The translations under genes were made by a program, and so were the position numbers. This document shows, piece after piece, positions 37,931 through 49,538 of a DNA stretch of 64,000 nucleotides; position 1 is the stretch's first letter, and each line of letters begins with the position of its first letter. The DNA is taken from the NCBI GenBank assembly GCA_038087875.1, contig CM075997.1, positions 6,512,001 through 6,576,000 on the forward strand, in the 5' to 3' direction. The DNA is from Malacoraja senta. Lineage: Eukaryota. The notes below the pieces were generated by a model, which ran no database searches, was not told the DNA's origin, and saw only the letters and a program-made list of their open reading frames with translations.

Positions 37931-40900
37931 TTTTTTTAATTTTTTTTTATTAGAAGTAAGTACAATCATATGGCACCAAAGTGCCTAATATATATTTACA
38001 TTGTACATTTCATGTACAGCTTCTTATTTTTTTTAACATTATAATAAAGAATAAGAAAAAGAAATGAGATAATAATGGATAGAAAAACGTGAGATATATA
38101 GAAAGGATGTACTGGCCCTGGAGGCAGTGCAGCGAAGGTTTACAAGATTAATTCCTGCAATGAGGGGATTGACATATGAGGAAAGGTTAAGTAGGCTGGA
38201 ACTCTACTCTTTGGAGTTTAGAAGAATGAGAGGCGATCTCATTGAAACATATAAGATCGTGAGGGGCCTTGATCGGGTGGATGCACCGAGGATGTTCCCA
38301 ATGATCGGGGAAACTAGAACTAGGGGACATAGTTGTAGAATAAGAGGGGGCTCTTTTAAAACTGAGATGAGGAAGAACTTCTTCACCCAGAGGGTGGTTA
38401 ATTTATGGAATTCACTGCCCCAGGGAGCAGTGGAAGCAGAAACATTAAATATATTTAAGTCTAAAATAGATGGTTTTTTAGCTGCCAAGGGGATAAGGGG
38501 CTACGGGGAGAGGGCAGGGATATGGACCTAGGTATGGTTAGTATAGTAAGACCTGAGTGATCTCCTGGACAAGTGTCGATTGCCTGGATTGGGGTCGGAG
38601 AGGAATTTCCCGGATTTTTTTCCCGAATTGGACCTGGGTTTTTATCCGGTTTTTTGCCTCCCCCAGGAGATCACGCGGTTCTTGGGGTGGAGAGGGGTGA
38701 TAGCGATATAAAGGGGAGGGTAGTGTCTTGTGTTCTGTGTCTTGTGTCTACTGTTTGTGGGTAAGGGTGTCTGTTTAGTGTTCAGCCATGAGCGAATGGC
38801 GGTGCGGGCTCGATGGGCCTGGTGGTCTACTCTCGCACCTACTTTCTATGTTTCTATGTTTCTATGTTTCTATGTGTCTGAAAAAGAAAATAAAGGAGTG
38901 AAAGAAGAAAGTTGAAGAAAATAAAATAGAAAAAAGAGTTAAAAAAAAAATAAAAGTAAGGAGAGCATTATTTATAATCTTGACCATCCCTCACCCAGTC
39001 CTGAAACAGTTAGCTTCTACAATTGTGTTGCACCATATGATTCCAAAAAGACGACAAATGGAGACCAACTTGTTAATAATTGGTCTGATTTATCTATTAG
39101 GAGGAATCGCATTTCCTCAAGATGTGCGGTGTCCAACATGCTTGCGATCCACATTTTAAGCGTTGGTATTGGTGTATTTTTCCAAAATTTAAGTATTAGT
39201 CTTTTTGCTATTATTAAACCATAATTAAAAAATAAATTTTGAGATGAGTTCAATTTATTCCCATCTTCCATTACTCCAAATATAATAATTTCAGTATTAG
39301 GTTCCATTCTTATGTTGAATAATTTTGTAAATATTTCAAAAATATCACTCCAAAATTTATAAAGTTTTATGCAGGAAACGAAAGAGTGTGTTATAGTTGC
39401 GTTTTGGGATAGACATTCATCACAAATGGGGGATATATTTGGATAAAATTTATTCAATCTAGTTTTTGAATAATATAATCTATGTAAAATTTTTAATTTA
39501 ATTAAATTATGTCTTGCATTAATCAAACATTTGTGTATATATATCAAATACTTTTCCCATGTAACCGTCGTAATTTTTATCATTAATTCCCGTTCCCACT
39601 CTTCTCTAAGTACCTCTGTCGATGGTAGGTCTATATTTAAAATACTATTATATAAATATGATATTAATTTTTGTGAGTCAGCCTTAATATTCATTGCTTC
39701 TTCCAGTAAGTCAAGTTATTTTTTGATATCCTTGTATGTATTTCTTCATGAAATCGCAAATCTGAAGATATTTAAAATATTGGTTATTTTTCAGTTTAAA
39801 TTTTAATTGTAATTGTTGGAATGATAATAGATTTCCCATTTCATACATATCACCGATCCTTTTTGTTCCCAATCTTTCCCATTGGTTATATGTTTTATCA
39901 TTAAGAGATTATTTAAATAAAGGATTATTCACTATTGGCATTAACAATGATAAATTTCTTAATTTTAAAGATAATTTTATTTGTTTCCAAATTCTTATTG
40001 TATCGTGTATAATTGGGTTCTTCTTATATATTGTGTTGTTCAGTTTTTTCGGGCAGAAGAGGATCGTTCCTATATTACAAGGAAAACAATCCTCTTTCTC
40101 CATTCTTATCCATTCTGTCTGTTGGGTAGATCTGTCCAACCAATAAATTATATTCTTAATATGCACTGCCCAATAGTAATACAAAAAATTTGGGAGTGAA
40201 AGTCCCCCGACATCTTTTGGTTTACATAAGTGTTTTTTAAAAAATTCTATGTGATCTATAATCCCAAATAAAATTAGTAATATTAGAGTCTAATTTAAAA
40301 AAGAAATATTTTGGTATATATAATGGTATAGACTGAAATAGGTATAATAATTGTGGTAGAAAGATAATTTTTATAGCATTTATTCTACCTATTAATGATA
40401 AAGGAAGCGTTTTCCAAAATTTAATCAACATATTGAGTTTATTTAATAAAGGTATAAAATTAGCGTTGAATAATGCTTTATATTTTCTAGTAATTTGAAT
40501 ACCCAAATATTTAAATTTTTCTGTTGCAATTTTAAAGGGGAACTTCAATAAGTGTGTAGATTCTTGAGGTTTTAACGTCATGATTTCACTTTTATTCCCG
40601 TTTATTCTATATCCAGAAAAGGACCCGAATTCCTCCATTAAATTTAATAAATTTGGTATGCTCGTTTGTGACTTTGTAATATATAGAAGTATATCGTCTG
40701 CATATAATGAAATTTTATTATTTGAGTCCCTAGTATTATAGCCCTGAATATTCGGATGAATTCTTATACTTTCAGCCAAAGGCTCTATCATAAGGGCAAA
40801 TAGCAGGGGCGATAACGCACATCCCTGCCTATTGCCCCTAGATAATTGAAATTTTGGAGATAGCATATTATTAGTTAATATTCTTGCCATCGGTTTATCA

Positions 40901-41239
40901 TATAATAATTTTACCCATGTAATAAAATTCCCTCCCATATTAAATTTTTGCAGCACCCTGCCACTCTACCTGATCAAATGCTTTCTCTGCGTCCAGAGAA
41001 ATAATTGATATATCTTCTTCCTCCATTTTATGTGAGTACATTATGTTAAACAGGCGTCTCAAATTATTAAATGAATATCTTTTGGGTATAAACCCCGTTT
41101 GATCAGGATTTATCAATTTACTAATATATTTACTTAATCTTCTTGCTAAAGTCTTTGCTAAAATTTTCTGGTCTGTATTTAAAAATGATATAGCTCTATA
41201 TGAGCCCGGATCATCTAAATCTTTATCTTTTTTTGGAAG
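37931..41239 (-). mobile_element. 5'-truncated L1 (subfamily 2, as 5262-7228) with 10-bp TSD
   Basis: TSD TGTAAAAAGA at 37921-37930 and 41240-41249; T-tract at 37931. ORFs 40237-40956 (RQGCALSP, YADD) and 39017-39694. Empty site at ~17136 in unit A. Confidence 0.95.
38102..38874 (+). mobile_element. CR1/HER1 3' fragment with (TTTCTATG)4 tail, nested in the L1 3' UTR
   Basis: ORF 38127-38531 has RMRGDLIETYKI, RTRGHS and FFTQRVVNLWNSLP. Octamer tail at 38843-38874. Confidence 0.9.
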
Positions 41240-42539
41240 TGTAAAAAGAGTTGAGATACTGTATTATAATTTTGCTGCATGTCATTGTGGTATATATCAT
41301 GTCTTGATTGGTGAATATGTTTAGTTTGTGGCTTTATTTGAAGCAGAAATAATATGTGAGTGCTTCATTGAGCATAATTCCGACTGGTAACTACGCACTT
41401 CGTCCAAGCACATTATCGCATGCGGCATGCAAGCCCGTCTTAAATGATCACCTAAACTGTCATTTGGCAACTTAAAAAGCTGCCAAGGTTGCCCGGCTGA
41501 CAACAGTGAAAAAAAATTAAGTGAGAGCCCTGCAAGGTGTATAATATTTTTGACACTGTCATAGGCCTTTCTTACATATGCTGTCACAATGCACTAGTCT
41601 CTAAACAACCCTTCAGTTATTTTCCTTGCCCTCCATTTCAGAATAATAGTGTTTTAAGCCAATAACTCGACACTAGCAGTGGCAATAAATAAATAAATAA
41701 ACAAATACAGCGCAGCTTTCCAGCCCCTTATCTCATTGGCCACGCTCGGCTGCAAATCGGTGTCAATCTGGTGGACCATCTTCCTCTAGTCGTGGGGGAT
41801 TGGGGGGGGGGGGGGCCCTCACAAGTGGAACAGCTTAGGGCCTCTCTTCATCTAAATCCGGCCTTGGTCCATATAGATACACTCCACTGCCCTCGCTGCC
41901 TCAGTCCTTTTGGTAACCTCTTTCAAAACTCTTATCAGACTCATGAGACACAACTTTCCACACACCAAGAAATGCCAACAATCACCAATCTGCCCATGCC
42001 CATCCAAATGCAGGTAGATCCAGTGTCTCAGAATTTCCTCCACAAACTATCCCACCACTGACTCACTGGCCTGTAGTTCTTTGGCTTGTCCTTGCTGCCT
42101 TCTTAAATAACGATGCAACATTAGCCACCCTCCAGTCTCGTGGAAATTAAACGGTGACAAAAGATGATGCAATGCCTCCACAGTTTCTTCCCAGATTATC
42201 TGAGGATGGACTTGGTCAAGGCATGGACATTTATCCACCCCTCTGAGCTTTGAATCAGTCTGAAGCAAAGATACTGGAGGAGCATATAATCTTTGGTCTG
42301 AAGAAGGGTCTCGACCCGAAATGTTGCCTATTCCTTCGCTCCATAGATGCTGCCTGTCCCGCTGAGTTTCTCCAGCATCTTTGTCTACCGTCGATGTTTT
42401 TCAGCATCTGCAGTTCTTTCTTGAACAATTCCTCTTTGGTAATTTAAACATAGTCTGAGACATCACAACTCTGGAGCCTCGAAGGTTCTATGGTCTATTC
42501 CATGGGTGTCAAATAGTCTAATATATTTCCCATCACTTG

Positions 42540-43074
42540 TGGTTCTCAAGACAAGCCCGCCGCACCGCCGCTGCCATTATCAAAGATGGCGGCGACCCCG
42601 CACTCCTCGTCCACCCTCACAAACATGGCGGCATGGCGTATTAGCCCCGCCTACCATTCGCTTCCGCCAAGATGGTCGCCGGCTGCTTCTATGGAAACGG
42701 GGTCAAGAGGCCGCGATGAAATGTGGGGGGATGAGCCCAGAGGCGCGTTAAAAATCAAATAGAGCGATATTTGAAGATGACGAGTGGACAGTTAAAGCAA
42801 GATAGGACGCCAGGTTGGAAATTAAAGGTGTGAGAAACCAAGCGCGAGGTCGCATCCGCCTTCTCGCGGTGCTGATTGGCAGCGGCGGCCGTCAGTCATC
42901 GAGGGACTTCCGCCTCTGGGATCAACGTCCACTGGCGATGGCGATGGCGTGACTAGCGGGGGGAGCCTTGAAACCGCCTGTTGGCCTCAGGATGCGGCAT
43001 TGATTTAGGGGAAGGAGCCCCTCCATCACTCTAACCCGAGTCAGGCCCCTGGGCGCTCGAGGCCTGCTTGGCCA
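42540..43074. promoter_or_regulatory. CpG-island promoter region of SPHK2 with YY1, NF-Y and ETS motifs
   Basis: High CpG density. AAGATGGCGGC (~42583), AACATGGCGGC (~42622), CTGATTGG (~42872), ACTTCCG (~42906). No TE signatures, in contrast to the flanks. Confidence 0.75.
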
Positions 43075-43501
43075 ATGTCGGGCAGCTCGCAGGCGCTGCT
43101 CCACGGGGAGTTTGGGGCGGGGGCTGCCCGCTACGCCCTGACACTCACCTGCAAGGAGCTGCATGTCCAGAGGCTCGCCCCCCGCCCCGAGCAGGAGAAG
43201 CGCCTGGTCCTGCCTCTCTCTCATGTCATCGGCTGCCGGCTGGTGCGGCCGGGGGTCGCCGGTCGCCGGCGGAGGGAGCGGGTGGGGACGGAGGAAGGAG
43301 ATGGAGATGGAGAGGACGGCGAGGCTCACTTCGCGCTCTACTGCTACCTCCCCAAGAAGGGGCTGGTGGGCGGCACCAAGGGACGCCAGCGGTTGGTCAA
43401 GAGCTTCCGTGCGGACGGGGAGGGGGCGCGGAGCCGGGCCCAGCGATGGGTGACCGCCGTCCGCTGCCGGCTGCTGGGCGTGGAGGTGCCGGTCGAGTCA
43501 G
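43075..43501 (+). CDS. SPHK2: Sphingosine kinase 2, first recognisable coding exon (N-terminal region)
   Basis: LLHGEFG...YALTLT..ELHVQRL.P.PE...FRADG...AQRW.TA matches the SPHK2-specific N-terminus. Donor G|GTGAG at 43501/43502 (phase 1). The ATG at 43075 is the likely but unproven start. Confidence 0.9.
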
Positions 43502-44460
43502 GTGAGACTGGGAGGTGGGGGGAAGAAAGGGTGGGAGGGGGATTGGCGAAGGAGGGGGGGGGGGGGAGGCAGAGATGGGGCAAGGGTTGGGTTCTGGGAT
43601 GGGGAGAGGGGTAGAGGTGGGAAAACGGGTATTGGGGTCCGGGAAAGTGGAGGGAGGGGACAAGTATGGCGAAAGAGATGTGATGGAAAAGGAGTGCTGG
43701 ATTTAGGGGCAGGAAAAAAAGAGGTCAGGGATGGGGCTGTGGGCATGAAGAAGAGGGTCTGGATTTAGGGGAGGGGAGATGGAGAAAGAAAGAGCCAGGG
43801 GTAGGGAGGTGGTTGAGGATAGGGAAGGTGGATGGGAAGAGGTTGATGATGTAGGGGGAGGTGGAAGTGAGTCATGGGGGGATTGGGTTCAGGTATTTGG
43901 AAGGGGAGGGGATTGTGGATGGAAAAGTAATAAAGGATTGGGTGGGTGGTCTGAGCGAGATGAAGATTCGGTGAAGGGAAGGAGTTTGTGGATCGGGAGT
44001 GGGTCAGGGAAGGGGAACATATTTGTTTTTGGGTTTGGGACAGAGTTGGTATTCCAGGTGAGATAGATGGATGCAGAGATGTTTGGGACAATCTGGTGTG
44101 GGAGGACCTGTCTGGGGGTGAATGGGCCTGTTCATGTGCAGTACTGTTCAATCTTCTCTGGTGGTGAGGCATCTCTGGTGGTGAGGCATTAGTAGTTGGA
44201 CCAGGGGGTCTGTCGTAGAATGGATTTGGCTCTTTGGGATGGTTATGAGGAACATATCCAGTAAAGTGGAGCTGGAGCAAGGGTGAATTTCTAGAATTTA
44301 CTTCCCCAGAGGCTGTGAAGGCTCTGCTGCTGAGTGGATGAAGGGAGAGGCCAGGGGATGATGGAGGTGGGAAATCGGCAAAGGTCTGGGTGATGTGAAG
44401 GTGTGGATGGTTGGCCTCGTCTGCAGCTCCCGTTCCTGACAATCTGCGCATTGTTTGCAG

Positions 44461-44610
44461 AAATCAGCCTTGAACTTCTCCCGAGATCCAGGCGTCTCCT
44501 CCTGTTGGTGAACCCTTTCAGTGGACGTTCACTGGCTATGAATTACTGTCAGGAACATGTCCTTCCCATGATCGCCGAGGCTAACATCAGCTATAACCTC
44601 ATCTGCACAG
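44461..44610 (+). CDS. SPHK2: Sphingosine kinase 2, next coding exon (start of the DAGK catalytic domain)
   Basis: TTGCAG| acceptor; (E)ISLELLPRSRRLLLLVNPFSGRSLAMNYCQEHVLPMIAEANISYNLICT; CAG|GTAGG donor. 150 nt, phase 1 at both ends, in frame with the previous exon. Confidence 0.93.
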
Positions 44611-44649
44611 GTAGGAGATCCAGCAGTCTGGACCGCGGTGGTTAGACCA

Positions 44650-47001
44650 GTAGAGCATGGACCACTACACCACAGTAATGTCTGCATGTGATCCATAACC
44701 ATCGATTCCCTGCATGTCCATGTGCCTATCTGAAAGCCTTTAAAATGCGGCTATTGTATCTGCTTTCACCACCACCCGTGGCAGCGCATACCAGGCACCA
44801 CTGTCTGTGTGAAAAAACTTGCCCTGAACATCACCTTTCAACTTTCTCCTCTCTTGCCTTGAAGCTCTGACACCCTCACTCCCCTCCCCTCAATCTTTGA
44901 CATTTCCACACAATGGAAAATGTTTCTGACTGTCTCCCCCATTTATGCCACTCCTAATTTTACAAACTTCTTTCAGGTCTCCCCTCAACCTCTGATGCTC
45001 TGGAGAAAACAATCCGTCTTTCTCCCACCTCTCCTTTATACTCTCTTAAAAGACAGCAAATATCATCAAAGTCCACCTTTGGCCACACATTCATTTTGCT
45101 GCTACCATCAGGAAGAAGGTACAGGTACAGGAACAGTTTCTTATCAGCAACCATTATAGTCTGAAGAAGGGTTTTGGCCCGAAACGTTGCCTATTTCCTT
45201 CGCTCCATAGATGCTGCTGCAACCGCTGAGTTTCTCCAGCATTTTTGTGTACCTTCGATTTTCCAGCATCTGCAGTTCCTTCTTTAACACATTATAGTCT
45301 TGAACATTGCCGCACAACATTAACCACAATCCTATCTCCACTTTTCACTACTATGGTTGCACAATGTACTTTGGCTTGCAATATTACTGTCTGGTTTACC
45401 TAGAATAACTGATTCTGTTGTTGCTGTAAATGTGCCTGAACAGCTAGTGCAAGTAAGAATTTCTTTGTTCCGGTGCATACGATGATTAAACACTCTTGCC
45501 CTTTGCCCACTCGTTGTTGATATTTCCACCCTGCAGAAAATGTTAAGTCCATTCTGTCTACACCACCTGTAATTTCATATACTTCTTTCAAGTCTCCCTT
45601 CCACCTCCGACGCTCCAGAGAAAACAAGTCAAGTTTGTCCAACCTCTCATTCACAGCTAATACCGTCTATTCCAGTAGACCTCTTCTGCACCCGTTAAAG
45701 TTTTCACGTCCTTCCAGTAAATTGGCGACCAGAACAACACGCTACACTCCAAATACAGCCTGACCAAAGTTTTGTAAAGCTGCAATATGACTACCTGACC
45801 CTTGCACTCAATGCCACAACTGACAAAGGAGACTTTCCCATATGCCTTCTTTACCATCCTCACTTCTCAAGAACTAATCTTGCCTTAAAATATTTCACAG
45901 CCTTGTGTGGGAGTAGATCCCAAAGATTAATTGCCTTTAGATTTGTGGAGTCTTGTAGCACGAAATCGGGCTTTTCAGCCCAGCTTTTGACCAAGATGTC
46001 CCATCTGCGCTGGTCCCATTGTCTGCATTTGACGCACATCCCTCTAAACCGTTCCTATCCATGTACCTGTCCAAATGTCTTTTAAATGTTGATGTAGTAG
46101 CTACCTCCTCTGGATGCTCGTTCAATATTCCCACTCGCCTCTGTGTGAAGAAATTGCCCCTCGGGTCCCTATTAAGTCATTCCCCTCTCACCTTAAACCT
46201 ATGTCCTATGGTTCTTGATTGTCGTACTCTGGGTAAAACTCTGGGTACTTTTGCTTCATGATCCTATACACTTCTATAAGCTCACTTCTCAGCTTCCTAT
46301 GCTCCAAGGAATAAAGTCCCAGCTTGCCAAACCTCCTCCTTTAGTTCAGGCTCTTGAGTTCTAGCAACATCTGCATAAATCTTCTCTGCACTCTTTCTAG
46401 CGTAATGACATCCTTTCCTCCTTAAGTATGTTCTGCCCTCCTTATTTCCTCAAGCAAGTTCCTGAAACTCCTCAAAGGATACACTTGATCTATTCCAATA
46501 CCTGTCCCATTCCTCCTATTTCCTGAACAGCGCCTCAATTTTTCTCATCATCCAAGCTTCTTGTCCTGCGTGCCTTGCTGGAACATACATTGCCATGAAC
46601 TCTTGTCATCATACTTTTCAAAGCATCCCACATTAGGGACATTTATTAGCCCACAAACAACCTTCTCCAATCAAGTTTAGCAAGTTCCTGCCTCACGCCA
46701 TCAAAGTTCGCCTTCCACAATTCAGAATTATAACTTGTGGGTCTGCCGTTTATTTACCCATAACTACTTTAAAGCTAACTAGACCAAGTGCAGACCCGTT
46801 GGGTCTGTCTCCCCAATGCGTGTTTGCGCGGGGGGGGGGGGGGCTGCGGGCTGCGGCGTCACACTTGGGTCTGTTCCTCCAAAGCACGGTTGCGGGGTTG
46901 GAATCTTGCACCCACAAACACACACACACTCATCACACCCCTTGATATTATATTAATTGGCTTCTTTTATCCCATCACTCACTCACTCACACACACACGC
47001 A

Positions 47002-47051
<50 letters not shown>

Positions 47052-47570
47052 TATCAGTGGTCGCTGGTCAAAGGTAAAAAAAAACTCACATGCGGACACT
47101 TGAGTCTCTTGCCCTTCCTATTTTCCTAAGAGTACATCAAGCTTCTCCCGCTCCCTTGTCGGGCCCTCCTCATTTTACCTGAGGAAACTTTCCTGAACAC
47201 TTTTGACAAATTCCACCCCCTGGCACTATTACATTCTTGGTCCATATTGGGGAAAGTTAAAATCTCATACTATGAGAACCCTATTTGTCTTGCAACTGCA
47301 TGCAACCTCCTGCCGTTTGTGTTCAAATGCTTCTTGACTATTTGGGGGACTATAGTGCACTCCCTGCAAGGTGATCATCCCCTTTTTATTTCTCAGCTCC
47401 ACTCGTATAACTTCATTGGATGAACCATCAGTTATGTTATCTTAGGCTACTGCCATAACATTCTCCTTAATAAAGCAATACCACTATCTCGCTTGCAGCA
47501 CTCACACCCTGAAACATTAAGCCTCCAGTTCTGTCCCACTCGTAGTCAGGATTCCGTATTGGCTCTTCCG
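44650..47570 (-). mobile_element. Cluster of decayed CR1/HER1 fragments interleaved with small Rex1 and Penelope pLTR pieces (SPHK2 intron)
   Basis: Minus translations LFSLERRRWKGDLKEVYEI, LYKTLVRLYLEC..FWSP and FKRHLDRYMDR. pLTR at ~45158-45285. Confidence 0.75.
46779..47051 (-). mobile_element. Non-autonomous mini-Helitron
   Basis: Minus-strand 5'-TC and CTAG-3' ends. GC hairpin CAGACCC-N3-GGGTCTG (46791-46807) lies just inside the CTAG end. Inserted at A|T with no TSD, in a CR1 fragment. Confidence 0.75.
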
Positions 47571-48895
47571 TAATGGTTTCCCTCTACTAACACTCCTCTG
47601 CCTAGTGAAACTTGTCCTCACACTCAACCACTTCTTTTATCCCTCTCACTTTCTCCAAGTCAAAGGTGTAGCCATAGGCAGTTGCATGGGCCCCAGATAT
47701 ACCTGGATTTTTGCTGGTTACACAAACAGTCCTTGTTGCACCTTCTCCACTACATCGACGACTGTATGGGGGCTACCTCCTTCACCCGTGCTGAACTCAA
47801 GGACTTTATTAACAACCACTAACTTCCACCCTGCCCTCGAATTCGCATGGACCATCTCAGACACCTCCCTCCCCTCGATCACTCTGATCTACATTCTGTA
47901 GGGACGGGTCCCCTTCTGTTATTGATGGAGTTCCCATGTGAATGTCCTGTAATTCTGCTCTTGTTCCCCCTCTCCTCAGTTGCAACAAAGACAGAGTTCC
48001 TCTGGTCCTCGCCTTTCACCCGACCAGCCTCCCCACCCAACACATCTCTGACATTTCCGTCATCTGCAACGTGATCCCACCACTAATCACATATTCGCAT
48101 CTCCACCCCTATCCGCCTTCTGCAGAGACCACTCCCTCCGAAACTCCTTGGTTCACTCATTCCTTCCCACCCAATCCACCCCCTCCCCAGGTAATTTCCC
48201 CAGCCAATGCAGGAGACGGAACACCTGCATTATACCTGCTCCCTCGACTTCATCCAGCGACCCCGACCCAAGCCCTTTCAGGTGAGACTGACGTTCGCAT
48301 GCAACTTCTCTAACCTCATCTACTGCCCGACGTGGGTTCCCGTACATCGGTGTGACCAAGTGTAGGATCTGCGACAGCTTTGCTGAACACGTACGCTCGG
48401 ACCGCTGAGGCTTATGGGATCTCTCGGTTGCTATTTTAACTCTCCTCCCATTCTAATACTGACCTTTCTGTTCTGTGCCTCCTGCATGACCAGAGTGAGG
48501 GCACACGCATGTTGATCGAACAGCACCTCACCCCAGCGGTATGAACTTCGAATTCTCTAATTTAAAGTAACTTCTACTAACACTCCCCTCCCCCTCTCCT
48601 CCATCCCTCTCTGCCCCCTCCCTCCAGCCTAGTTGTGCAAGCAGTTCCACTGTTTGCAATAATGTATCCCTTCTGAGATCACACTGTCCCTGGCCAACAA
48701 TTGACATACCAGGGAACCACCCTGCCTGAGGTCTTGTGTTGCTGGCCCTGATTTGTCCTGCTCTTTCCTAGCCTCCAATTCTCTCCCCCCCTACCCTGCC
48801 CCTCCCCTTCTTTCAGTCTGAAGAAGGGTCCCGACATGAAATGTCACCTATCCTTTCTTTCCAGTTGCAGGATAGCTGAGTCCAGCAATTTGTGC
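47560..48895 (+). mobile_element. Decayed Penelope-like element (RT remnant, GIY-YIG remnant, pLTR)
   Basis: LQVKGVAIGSCMGP, NFHPALEFAWTIS, NKDRVPLVLAFHP. pLTR core at ~48814-48850. Confidence 0.8.
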
Positions 48896-49538
48896 CTATC
48901 TTTCGTAATGGCTGCAGGCTACAACGTACCTGTTGCACATATCTAGCCATGCCCTGAGTTCATCTGCCTTACCTGTCTGGCCTCTCGCATTAAAATAAAT
49001 GCATTTCAATCCATTAATCCTTGCTTTGCCCCTGTCGAGCCTGTATGCTGAACTTTCTTTCATCACATCCCATAACAACTGCGAGCCTCTCACCTGCCTC
49101 AGTCCTGCATTGAATCCCAAGTTTGTACCTAGTCTAGTTTAAACCCACCCATGTAACACTAGCTCGTCAGTCTGCCAGGATATTACTTCCCCTCCAGTTC
49201 AGGTGCAACCCATTCCTCTTGTACTGGTATGTGTAGGAAGGAACTGCAGATGCTGGTTTAAACTGAACATAGACACAAAATGCTGAGTAACTCAGCGGGA
49301 CAGGCAGCATCTTTGGAGAGGAGGAATGGGTGACGTTTTGGGTCGAGACCCCTCTTCAGACTTAAAGTCATGGGAAAGGGAAATGAGAGATATAGACGAT
49401 GATGGAGAGAGGTAGAGAACAACGAATTAAAGATATGCAAAAAAGTGGCAATGATGAAGGAAACAGGTCATTGTTAGCTGTAGCGAGGTGAGAACGAAAA
49501 GCTAGTGTGGCTTGGGTGTGGGAGTGATGGAGAGAGGG

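Larger units (their letters stand above)
17750..41866 (+). repeat. Tandem segmental duplication, unit B (expanded by later insertions)
   Basis: Starts CTGAATGACCTGTC (equivalent to 4755 CTGGATGACCTGTC). Hand count of 19 mismatches in 300 nt for 8161-8460 versus 19181-19480. Confidence 0.93.
35141..41866. mobile_element. hAT-type non-autonomous element (both TIRs, 8-bp TSD GTCCATAT) with many nested insertions, inserted in a CR1 fragment
   Basis: Left TIR CAGGGCCGGATTTA and right TIR TAAATCCGGCCTTG (13/14 match). TSD at 35133-35140 and 41867-41874. The flanks join into a continuous minus-strand CR1 RT. Subterminal TAGGGCCTC repeats. Confidence 0.9.

Noticed and set aside
4755..41866. Duplication as an assembly or haplotype artefact
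   Set aside because: About 6% divergence, many reciprocal TSD-flanked insertions and a junction exactly at a TIR argue for a real, old duplication.
43075..43614. 179-aa single-exon ORF
   Set aside because: SPHK2 similarity stops at the GT donor at 43502; the Gly/Trp-rich tail is intron read-through.
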